From: Bispira polyomma
Taxonomy: Eukaryota
Direction: 5' to 3'
Assembly: GCA_965649765.1 (NCBI GenBank)
Contig: OZ287751.1
Coordinates: 8,866,001-8,930,000, forward strand
Length of the DNA stretch: 64,000 nt
The notes beneath the pieces were generated by a model. It was not told the origin of the DNA. It searched no databases and was given only the letters and a program-made list of their open reading frames with translations. Of this stretch, positions 28,546 through 41,010 are shown piece after piece. How positions within the stretch are numbered: position 1 is the stretch's first letter; every line of letters starts with the position of its first letter. A program made the translations under genes and the position numbers.

Positions 28546-31500
28546 CATGGGCAAAGAATCATTGAATAGATTAATCAAACATTGTCTCTAAAGTGTTTAA
28601 CAGGTATGAGAAAATATAGTAAAATATTTTGTAAATAAAAGTATTCACTTGTCGTTAATCGTACATTTATTTCAAATTATGCCACTTTCAACATCTTAGA
28701 TCATATCACGACCGAATTGTTTGGAACTATCCGTTTTAATATACGCATATAGAGTTTCTTTTAAAAAAATGCCTATCTAGGTTTTCTAGTGTAAAATAAA
28801 AAGCAGTCTAGAAAAATAAGTCTAGAATCTATAAGAATACAAAACCTTGCCTGATATCTGTCCCCAGAGCAATATTTATTTGGCAGTTACAGCGAGATCA
28901 TTGGTTCAAACCTCATTCTCTATTTTTGATAATAGCTTTTTCTGTAAATGGGTGATGCTATTGCTATGGCTATCCTACCAGGATTTGCTTCTTCTTCCTC
29001 ATGTTACAAAGTAAACTAAGGTTTGCATTCTCTAGGTTAACTTACCCCATCTCTCCTCTTATCTGTGATTCAAAGTGTCAACCTTTTACAGCCAACATAT
29101 AGTTTTAATCAGCCCCTAACCCTTCACCTGGATAGAACCCAGACCGTCTGCATTACATAACAAGTTTATTATCCAGTAAATCACACTCTGACCATAGTAT
29201 TTATATTGTTTACATTAATATTTAAGAAATATTATACTGCCTTTTGATATTCTCAATGGTGTCAAACCGAAATAAAGTCACATATCTCCATGTTTGGGGT
29301 TTGCTTTGAATTTGCTCCCTTTAAATGACCTTTTTCTCAGTATCGCTGTAAGCTGTTAGTTATGCATCAGTATAATGAAGCTGGGGTTTTGAAAGAAAAT
29401 CTAGACCCCCTTATTGTTTCCTTTCCCCAATGTAATATACTGTATGGCAGCATTAACAAATCTGACTTAAGTGTTAGTAAAATACCTTCACCCTTACCCA
29501 GCATAGTTGCCTTGACAGACTTTTTCAATCAACCCCTACCTTCCTAAGGACATCCATTCTACAACAACAGCAAAGTCCTCTTTACAGCATATAAATATAT
29601 GTATAACTCAGGCTTCTAATCCCCTCCCTCTATTGCAACAAGAAAAGGTGATCTGCCAAGGGATGAAAGTGTTTCCTAACTGCTTAGTTTTCATGGCTGT
29701 AATCTTCCTGCTATTAATGGCTACATTTAATTACTTCACACCTTTCTATTGCTGTCCTCTAACATCCCCTTCTTTATGACTGGCATATATTGCCACTGTG
29801 CCTTTCTTTAGCTGCATATAGGTAGTAATCTCAGTGACACTTATTGTCTTCCCATACAACCTATATGCCATATTCTAGTGTTTGTTAAAACCATAAAAGA
29901 AGGATTCTGTTTTACCATAAAGAGGGAATTTTTTTTTTGCTATCAATAGAACAGGATATATTAGGACCAGTCATATTAATTGTATGGAAAAAGTAATACT
30001 GTTACTTGAGTATTAAATTAAATTGAAATTAGTATATCTCCTTTGTAAACAAAGTTTATGTTTTATTTTCCGAGTAAATTGACATCAATAGCAGGTAAAG
30101 TGATAAGTTCAATTTTTATATAAATATAATGTTTACTGTTACCTTAGACACCCTCTTTTCTCTCTTGGGGAGAAAACAGCTCACATCATAGTGTCATTTA
30201 TTCTCTTACAGAGTCTCTATTTTAAAAAGAATTGCATCAGCAACCTTTTTTTCACAGCAGCCACCACATCAATTGTATCACCTACATAAAATGGCTGACA
30301 TCTATTATTAGAGTTCAGGGGGACAGGCTTTTCAGTGGGCTTAACATAGGAAGTGAGCTGTGGACATGCTCTGAATAAAACCGGTGAGCTGTGAATAGGG
30401 ACCCATTGCAACTGATGCTAAATACAACAGCTTGATTGTCTAATATACTATGCTGATTTTAAGGTATTCAAAGCCTAATCGTTTTCAGTGTTTTTTGTTA
30501 CTAAATTTATTGAAGAATTCTATTTATATGGGGCTTTGCAGTCAATATATCCTTTGTAATATTAAATGGTAAGGTTTACATGCATGCAAGTAGAAACTCC
30601 ACGTTTTTTGTGTCCAAATTGTTACCATTTCTATGGACTAAGATAATGAACATACAAAGATGACAGCAGAGCCTAAAATAACAAAGGTGTTTAATTTGCT
30701 ATATGATGCAATAAGTTCTGTTCAGAGAAATAGTGTGGTGTTAAATGTGCTTATTGACGTTTTGTTATTACTCTTAAAAATAAAAGTGAAGTAAAGGGTA
30801 AGGGGGTTTGCTTGGCTAAACATTGTTGGTCTGTCTATTTTATGTTTTCAATGTGTGTGTTCTTTTGTGAATTACTGTATAAATGGAAATGTAAGGGTGG
30901 AAGCTATACCTTTCAAAACAATATTTAAAAGACATAGGTCAAATGGATGGTATTTATCTTAACCATAACATTATTTCTATGTCATTTCATCCAAGAAGAA
31001 CCCATGTGTATGTCAGATGCAGAAGAGTGATGGGGCTAACATTTCATTTAGTTGACCAGAATTCTGTAAAAGAAGAAGTAGCACATTACCGTCACAGAAT
31101 AGAGGCCCACACTAAATGCCTTCTTACTGATTGTAAACACGACACAACTGACACCGAACAATCTATTTGGATTCCATTGAAATATTATTCCAAGAAACTA
31201 TTCTTACTTTGAATATATGTAGGTATCAAAAGCTATAAAATGTTCACATATTTGGCATTCCTTTCAAACATCTTCGTACTTTTACATGCATTTTTAAAAA
31301 TTTTGATACTTACAGTTGAAAACTCCTAATTACTAACCCAAAGTGTGAATAACATATAATTGTAAAACAACTGGAAATAATCTTAGAAATAAAACAGCTT
31401 CCAACAAAAATAAGACTAAAATCTATTGATCAACTAATGCTTTACAGGATATGAACCAGTTAGACATTGCTAGCCTAAATGTCCTGAGCTCAATAGAATG

Positions 31501-34500
31501 ATTAAGCCTAAAAGCCAGACACCTCACATCCATCATAAAAAAAATTTACCAAAAATGACTAATAATACAGAATATCCCTTGTGTTAATCATTCAATTATT
31601 TGTGGCAAGTCTTCTGAATGTAATATGCCTTGAATGAGGCAACACACTCCCACACTACAATTAGGTTACCGAGGGTGGATAACGGAATCGGCTTAACATA
31701 CACTTACTTTGATTTTAAATAGGCTTAGTGCTTTTGGCAGTAGTTTCAAACTTATAATCATATACCATGTGCACAGGTAACATGTGTAGATAAAGTTTAT
31801 CGTGAAGTTGAGTCATTGTGCCAAGTAGCTACATCTGTTGGCTCATATCTTCCACTTTATTCGACACTGACAAAAAGCTTTGAAATCAGAATTTGCAGGT
31901 GTAAAAAAGAATACTTCAACATTCTCTACTTATTCCTCTTCTGTTTCATAGATTATTAATGCACCATCAAGGAAAAAAACCCAGCAAGTATATGTGATGC
32001 CATTAAGATGGCTCACTGTGGTTTAGTAGAAACCCTAAAACAACTGTGCTGATATTTGCTGTCTGGTGTTTAAGGCCATATCTCCCTCACACCCAGATAC
32101 TGTCCCACATTACACCCAGTCAGGGGTGTAGTTGGGGGGGGGGGGGTGTATAGGGAGAGAAGGGGCTAACGGGGGGCGGAGGGGGGGAGGGGGGTTGTAG
32201 TGTCTACTGAGTCAAAACACACACACCAGATAAATCAGGGCTAGCTTTTCCCCAGCACCAAGGCTTTTTCCCTCCTATTTGATATTGCAGTCATAAAGTT
32301 TGGTGAAATATCAGATTTATCAAAATAATTCACAGAGCCAGTGATACTGTGACTTGGCCCACCATTAATAACCCTTCCCAATAACTCTAGTGGGGTCTGA
32401 CTTCCCACAACCCCACAACTGCTGATTTTTTTGGTAGTTCACTGTACCAGTTTCCTTTTGGACATTATTACATTTGGGCTATTTCTCTTGGTTGATGTGT
32501 GTTTTTGGGGGTTACACATTATCATGGTGATTCTCTGATTCTAACTCTTCATTTGTTAGAATTTAAAAAATTGGGTGATTTCATAAAAAAAAATATACCA
32601 ATGAACTTATTATGTACCGTCATTTCAGCATTTAATTGATTGTATTATATTTACACAGAAGAAAAAAAATGGTAAAATGTAAATTTGACTTGTGAAACTA
32701 CATTTTACTACCTTATTTTAAGTTTCTCATGTTTACTTTGGATGTAATCGTTATTTTATCATGTCGATAACAATAGACTTAATTGTTTCTCTTACTTAAT
32801 AATTAACTTTGGTAGCCTTTTTTGAAATACAAAACCAGCTGTTATGTAATTATTTGTATGCTGTTTTGTTATTATAGTGTTCTGTGTCTAGTGTTTTAAT
32901 CTAAGGATGTTTGCTGTCAATGTTGGGGTCCAATAAATGATAACCTATTGTATAACCTTTTTAAACTAAACCAGAGATGTATGTGTGTGGGCTTTGGAGA
33001 TATGCAAACAGTCCTTTGGGTTTTTCTATAATATTGAGTTTTTTGTTTGTTCAGCTAGATTTTCAACACCCACAAATTATATCACGCCGGGCAGTTTAAT
33101 GGTGCTGGAAATTAGGTACAGGTTAGTTGGCCAGCATTTCTTCACTCCATGCCAACTTTTGGCAAGTCTACTGCAAACTGTCCTACATACAAACATACTT
33201 TACTGCATACATACCACAGCTGACTGCCAGGATGGGAGGCGAACTTGTTTTTTCATTAATCACCAAAATCCTGCATTTTTACAGGACCATAAGAATTCTC
33301 TAATATATTGACATGCTAAAGCTTCTTTCAAGCAACTTTTAAAAAACATTAACAACCCCAGCAAAAGTTGCAGTTACATCCCAAACTTCTGCAAATACAA
33401 TAAAATGGCAGTTGCTGAAAGTTGAAGATTTGCTGAACAAAAAACATTGACCAAGTACCATGTTGCGATTTTCGCCCCAGTGAACTACCCACCCCATGTG
33501 ACATGTTTTGTTGAAAGCGATGTTTCTTTAAGCTCAAACTACATCTAAACTAACAAGAAATGAAAAATCTGAATGTTAATTAAAGCCTCAGTGCCCAAGT
33601 TTTTCATTTAGTGTTTTCAAGCAATCAAAGGCATGGTTTCCATGGTGCAATGATAACAGCATCCCTTGGGGAGTCATTCCTCTGAAAAGCTGCTGCAATT
33701 CCCGGCTTAATGGAAGTGATTATGCAATCATGTATGACAAATATTTACCAGGCCTCTTAGACTGAAACTGCATCATACTAATGAGCTTTGCAAACACCCC
33801 AAGCTTTATTGCTTACACCGCTCTAAAAATAGTGTCCGGATGGTGCGAGTAACACTCCCTGCAAAAAGTAAAAGGAATTTCTTCAGAAGAAAATACAATA
33901 AACCCAATAATACATAGAAGACGTTGACCCACTGGTTCACAATGAATACCCATTTACCAAATTAAATTTTTATTAAAGTTTTCTATATATAGAGATTATA
34001 AAAGTTCATTTATTGTTTCATTTTCTATAAATTATCACACCTCATATAACCATTGTGGAGTTGTCCCTTACATTTCTACAGAATTTAATTGCTCAGAACA
34101 GTCTCTTTTAAAAATTTAACATGATGACATTTTTAGCTATAATGCATTTATTCACAGATAATGCAAATGAACAAATAATCGTGATGAATAATGATCAGAG
34201 AAATAACAACAAAAAGCACAAATATATCTTACAAGTTAACACAAAAAACTTGTTAAGAATCTTAAGCAGATAACCTAGCTGCAAATGTCTATAGGTATTT
34301 GTATTTGGTAGCATATTAAATAATATTTTCTACAAATCCTATGTAAATATGACAAATAAGTGTCTCACCAAGCAAGTTTCATAAATGGGCAGTATATTAT
34401 ATGAGCTCATAACCTTGCTGCAAATGTCAAGTTTCTCACATATTTCCTTACAGCATCGAAATCATTTGTCAACTAACCAGTAATATTAGGAAACAATATA

Positions 34501-36094
34501 TTGATGGATTAAAATAATAACATAGTATCACATTCACACACAAAAAAGAAAATCCAGTTAAGCTAATATTAATAAGAAGGAATGTCAGTCTATCTGACAA
34601 GAGCACCTGTTCTCATAAAGAACCAGCTATTTCAGTATCAACTAGAGACGATTGACAGAACCTGTGGTTGTGTGTGGTGGATAACGAAAGGTTCTGTGTG
34701 TCTGTGTGGTGCATTTTGACAAGTCTGTCCTTGGGGGGAGGTCCATATTTCATCAGAAGGTCAAGACCAGATATCATCTAGGGGGTAGTCTGGATTTAAG
34801 TGGCTGTTTTTCAGAAGCCTTTAAAAATACATCTAGCCAAAGCAAACATTGGTCAAAGTTGGAATAATATCCCATCATCTGGGTTGTTTTTGTTTGATCA
34901 CATTCATATCCCAATAACTGAAAGCTATATATGAGTATCTAATAAATAACTGACAGACAGATGTGCTTTTGGTTATGTCATCAATGATTTGAGTTAGTTA
35001 CTGATGTCATGTTACTTGTCTGTCCAATCCAATAACTGCAGTTGCAGTTCTCTAGAGTAGAAACATCTCCCTTCTAAATTACATATTGTGAGGCTAGAAT
35101 GCCACTAGTTGGTTGGTGACACAAATCTCCCTCGGGCTTTATTGTCAGTAAAATCAAATAAACTAATGCCAGCCTACCCCCCCTATCATTTTGCAGGAGA
35201 GGACCAACAACATGAGATGAACAAAAAAAAGAAGAATTGCTTTTATTCTGGTCTCTCTTTGACAAAGTATCTCTTGGGTGGAGATATATAGACGTCCCCT
35301 TGGGTCTATTTACTTCAGTACACACATTTATGATAGGCTTCCTGTTCATAATGGTTTAATTACACTTGTAATGACCCTTAAAAGCATGACATACCAGAAT
35401 TCCACATGGCCTTAAATGCATATCACTTTTCACTCTCCTGTGCACTACAAAAGGTTACCCCAAAAGGATTTATTGTTGTCCATTTACACTCATGTAGTGC
35501 TTTGAAGGTATTTATGTGAACATGTTGGATTGTATTAGTATTAAATGGTGACGTCATTCTATTGTTCAAAGTGTAGATTTCATTTACAGATTTTAATATT
35601 CGAAAGCTTTTTGCACCATCAAAATATCACGACATAAAAGAAAAACCCCAACAATATGCATTATTAAAATACACTCATTCATGTTGAAGCCCCAGAAAAA
35701 AACAACTTACTAATTTCTATAATGTTTTGCTTTCTAATGGATACAGGATCCATTTTGTGATAAATGACTGAGGAAGATTAGACTATCAGATACTAATTGT
35801 ACTCAGACATTGAGGCCTTGTACACTACTACATATGGATATACATTTATTTGTCCAATTTTCCCCATGAGTTGATACTTGACATGTTATACCTATAGCTC
35901 CCATTATATATGTCCTTCCTACTGTGTGTCCATCTTGTTCAAGTGATGGTATTGACCTGTGTGGGTAGTAAGCTATCATCTCTTAAAACATTCATTCTCA
36001 ATTCTCTTCCTTTGATTTTGTCCATGCTATCATTAGTTTGGGTTTCACGTCTCTTTCAACACTTTTGGTCCTATTATTTCGGCCAGTTCTATTG

Positions 36095-36247
36095 ATTTAC
36101 GGCAATCGGTGTCATTTCTACCCATCAACCAAAAGCAAGCAAAACTTGGCAAACTTTCCCACACAAAGAAAGAAGTAGGGAGTCAAACCCACTGTCCTCA
36201 CAGGGATATTGAAGCGGCCACTTATATAACCACTTGGCAATGGGGAC
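36095..36247 (-). mobile_element. tRNA-derived SINE fragment
   Basis: Minus strand: A-box ttgccaagtgg, B-box gggtttgactccc, then gtgtgggaaagtttgcca. Confidence 0.5.
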
Positions 36248-36366
36248 ACCTTATATCCAATCAGGATCATTTATCGAGGTGAAAGAACATTTTTGGCGGG
36301 TGTAAACATTTGCCCTTTCGAAGTAAGTTTTTCAATGATTGCTGAATCAATGAAAAAAACAAACTT

Positions 36367-36458
36367 TACATGCAGAAAATAAAATACAGTTATTCACAGT
36401 CTATAATTGGTGTACATGCAGAAAATGAAATACAGTTTTTCACAGTCTATAATTGGTG
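36367..36458. repeat. 46-bp direct tandem duplication
   Basis: tacatgcagaaaat(a/g)aaatacagtt(a/t)ttcacagtctataattggtg x2. Confidence 0.9.
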
Positions 36459-38217
36459 ACAAGAATAATTTATGGCAGTAGAAATAGACAAAGGCTTTTA
36501 ATGACTTATTTCAGTCACTTATTGTTTGTATTGTTAAACTAATCAAAAATGTATGGCAAAACCTTTTGTTAACTTTTTATCCAGATTAATTCATAGAGTG
36601 TAAAATATTTTTTACTGATTATCCCGAACAATAAGCATGTGTTTCCTTGTAGTCGACAACCATTCACCGAATTACACTGATGCTATCACTTTCTAGGGTT
36701 TCATACAATGTCCTGCCGTGTTCGCCATTCCGATGCTTGATAGCTGATCCTGGTGGATCCTATCTGCCTAAGCAGCAAAAAAGGTCTGTCATAGCCATAT
36801 TTTGGCCTGTAAATCAGGAAACCCTAGTCCATTTTTCTGATGATTATTTTCCTGTGACACAATCTACCAGAAAGGCACAATCTACTCAGTTGCCTGTGTC
36901 AGCTATCAACAGTCTGTCATATAGGCTAAATGTAGGGAATCGACAGGTGTATATCTTTACTATTCAAAAAGATAAAAACTATAGTCAGTTGAGGAAGTAG
37001 TCACCAGAAATGTATGGCGAAGAATCAATTATATATGATCTCAGTCCCTCCCCCCCCTCCAATAAATGAGGTCATTGGCGGCCAAATGCTAATGGAAAAT
37101 CATAATATTGCCTAAAACAAAAGGAACTTTTTTTTAATCTGGATAAATTAGATTATCTGAGTTATAAACAATATATCATTTTTTCTTGCACGTCATTATT
37201 ATGTCTTTCACAAGTCTTTCGCAAAATTTTATTTCTGTTATGATCTAGAAGAGACTAAAACTACTACTTGACTGTAAATGAGCTTTGTAGGTCCACCACA
37301 ATAGTCTTGTTGTTATTGCAGCTTAGCTTGCAACAGACGATTTTATATGAAACTCTAACATGCAAAGTTGTTTTAAATGACTTTCAGTCACGCCATGATA
37401 AACTCCATTAAGGCAATAAAGATTAAAACATAGAGGGGGCCCTTTTCCCCTCCTCCTTAGGTAACATAAAAAAGAATTCCTTTGTTTTCAACTTTTTCTC
37501 CTTTTTAAAAGCCATTTTCCAATGTTCTATTTCTTTTTATTTCTCTTTGAAAAAGAAAGTCTTTTGTTGTTCCTGTTTTACCTCATCTCAATAAAGTACA
37601 TTAAATTCTGTAACTGTCTCCCTGGAAACAATGACAAATGACTAAAATATGATCTTGGCAGCAACAAACAAAACATCCACTGCCGATATTGTTGAAGTCT
37701 ATCCTTATACAATGACAAAGAGGGGGTCTGTTTTTGTAAAAAAAAAATCTTGCTTTCTAGACTTGAAACAAAGTGTATTCAGACTCTGTTACCCTTAGAT
37801 TGCATGTATAGAGCCAGTAAAACAACCATATATCAGCTTTGTAAAGCAGTGTGCCTGACTCAAGCCTGTGGTTTTTTTTCTGTCTTAGAACACAAAACAC
37901 AAATGTAACACAGAATATAGTTAGTTGTCTTTGTCTCCCATTTCTGATGTTTTGACACATAATAATATATAATAACCCTTTTTATGATACTGTTGTGTCG
38001 GATATTCATGTATGTTTTTGTGAACATATATTTCTGTTGGAAGACGTTTATTTAATGTTATATTATACACTGCTGATTTGACTTCCTCTCTAACAATATT
38101 TATCATCTAGAAATAAACAGAGTACATTCAAAGGAACATTTATGTAGCACCCTATTGGTATATCATCCTCTAAGGCACGCATTCTCCTAAACGGATATAG
38201 TCCTACAACACAGACCA

Positions 38218-38328
38218 ATTGGTCGTCATCTGTATAGCAATGGCATGTTTACACCTTTACTTGTTACAACATAGCCATTGGTCGTCATCAGTATGGCAAT
38301 GGCATGTTTACACCTTCACTTGTTCACA
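38218..38328. repeat. ~59-bp tandem duplication
   Basis: attggtcgtcatc(t/a)gtat(a/g)gcaatggcatgtttacacctt(t/c)acttgtt x2. Confidence 0.88.
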
Positions 38329-38611
38329 TGCCCAAGGATGTTATCACCCAATGGACTTTGTATGTCCCAGAACCGGGAGTTGAACCATGAGATCATGTGT
38401 GTGACAACTTTTTCTCTTCGGTACATGGGCCCTGCCCTCCTCGTCTACATATCACAATTGCCTTACACCTTAGCATAGATGGCTTCTAATATATCACCTC
38501 TGGTATTTAAGTAAGAAATTGGGCAGACATTGTGTAGACCAGTGGTTCGAAGTTTTGAAATCTTAACCAACTTAACTGTATGTGGTTAAGAACCTGTTCT
38601 GCCTTCCAACA

Positions 38612-38795
38612 CCGCTGCCTTGGTCTGGTGTTTAGAAGCACTTTCTTCACAATCATTAGCCTCTTACCAATGTGGGTTTGAATCCTGTTCATTCCTTACT
38701 GTGGCAGTTACTTTCCATAGGTCAGCGGTTCACAGTGCTTCAGAACTGGTTTCTTTTACCATTGAATCTGGCCATCGTGAATGTATCCAAAATCG
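38612..38795 (+). mobile_element. tRNA-derived SINE, family 1 (older copy)
   Basis: aatcattagcctcttaccaatgtgggtttgaatcc and taggtcagcggttcacagtgcttcagaactggtttc align with the 55527 copy. Confidence 0.7.
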
Positions 38796-40595
38796 AACAA
38801 AGTTCAAATTCGTTCACCGATAAACTGCCCTTTCAATATAATGCAAGTTGTTTATTAGGAGGTGAAACCCAATCTGAATCTGAGTTCTCTACATTTACAC
38901 TGATAAAGTATTATGACTAAGTACACTTCCAAATGCAGTGTATGTTTTGATTATCTTAACTATTAACTGCTGCGATGGTGAACTAGCTTCTCTGGAATTA
39001 ATTTCTCTTCAGCTTAAAAATAGTTTTCTTGTGCAAAAACGTACATAATCCACTCTATTCTGATGTCCTGAAACCAAAAGAAAAGTTCAAGCATGTTTTT
39101 TGCCATTTGTGTTAACTGCAATATCCTAAAAGTCCCATTAGAAAGTCTCACCAAATGAGAGTGTCGGTTTTTTACATTGAATAAAACTGACACATCATCA
39201 TAAAATAAGATTCTGTACTATCCGTTTTTGATGTCCAAGACTTTGGTGTAATTAGTTAATGTCCTCTGATAAATTGTCTGATTGTCTACTGGTTTTGACA
39301 TTGAGATAGACAAAATATGGAGCTTTTATATATATTTTTGCTTTAGAAATCTAACCTAAATATTGGTAAATTTGACTCTTGACCCCTTAATTTAGCTTAT
39401 ATACATCGATACATAGATAACAAATTCTAATCTGAATAAAAATATAATAGAAGTAATAGGGTACTCAATAGAGTGCATAGCTCCGCAAAACCCTACAGCC
39501 CAAACAAGTGATGAAAAAGAAATCCTGGATCCGCGGATCTTAATGATCTGCTCCAAAATTCACCGCAGTCTTCCTTAGCCCATGCCCTATCTTTGCACCG
39601 AATTGCAAGTAAATTGGTTTAGGATTGTGGATGCCATCCCGGTAACAACTAAAAAATGATCGCCTTTGCAGAGATAACTGTAGATTCTCTAAGCCCATCT
39701 ACAAAATTTGTACTTTCCCAATAATTTAATGACAAACTTTCAAAAATATATTACAAATTATTTAAAATAGGAATATGTATATGCTATTAGCCCAATAACA
39801 ATGACAAGATAACATTTGGAGGCCGCCATTTGTCTGGTGAGCAATATAAGCCAAACAACTTTTTGCTCATTAAAGTTTGATGCTGCCTTTCTCCCTGGGA
39901 GGAGTAAAACTTACTGATTGAAATCTTTGCAGGTGTCTTCCCCCACCACAACAACAAATACCCTGACATTCAGAACCCAAACTGAGTAGTCTGTAATGAG
40001 ATTTTATTACACCACAGAAATCTAATTAGGGGGTCATTTCGTTAGGTGTCGCCCATAGAAGTAAATTTGGTGTTTCAGGAAGACAGATTTCAGTCAGGGA
40101 GAATTGGGTGTTTTCCCTTGTGCAACACTGTATAGCTATTTTAGGGTAGCTAAGGGGACAACGTTTCCTAGTTATTGAAAGGGGAGGCAATTTATATACA
40201 AAGCAGAAGCTTTAAATTTCCTTTTTCTATTATATTTTGCTGGCAAAAGGTCAAATGACTTTCCTCGATTTATGTATTCTATGTATTTTAACAGGATGAG
40301 TGTGCAGAATAGCAGCAATCAGTAGCAGTAGCATTAGAATTCTAACTGGTTATTACTACATAAAACAAGATTTTCTCTTTTCTTCGTTTTGTTTTAATGG
40401 CCAACATTTGAATAAAGACAAATGTCAATAATGTTGAGCATCAGGATGTTATTGCAGGGTTATTATCCACACCATACATATTATTACCTCGGTGTTACAA
40501 TATTCAAATTTTAGATGTCAACTCTGCAACATAAAAGTGTATGGTATTCTACATAGATTTCCAGAACAATCAGTAGCAGTTCATTACATCTACGT

Positions 40596-41010
40596 AGTTA
40601 TTCTGACCATTTCCCCTAATGCCTTGTACCATATGTTGCTTAAACGTGCTGTTTAATTTTTCTAATTTATATCACTACACTTTGGTAAGATTCTTCTAGA
40701 AAATGCAAATAGTTGCTTACTTCTCAGTAGCCATTCTGACTATTTCCCCACTTATCTTATACCAGTCTGTTGCTTAAACATCTTAAAAAGAGATACAAGC
40801 TGCAGGTTTCTTCATACTATCTGTCCAATTTATATCTCTAAAGTTTGGTAAGGTTGTTACAGAAAATATCAATTGTTTCGGACTTCTCAGCAGCTATTCT
40901 GACTAAATTTTCCTATTTGTCTTGTAACAATTTGTTGCTTAATCCTCTTATAAACAGAACTACTTCCTCTTTTTCTCTATCATCTCTGTAATTTATATCT
41001 CCACAGTTTT
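40596..41010. repeat. Degenerate tandem triplication (~135-165-bp units)
   Basis: attctgac....ttcc...ttgtacca...gttgcttaa...aatttatatc.ct...tttgg recurs three times. Confidence 0.7.
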
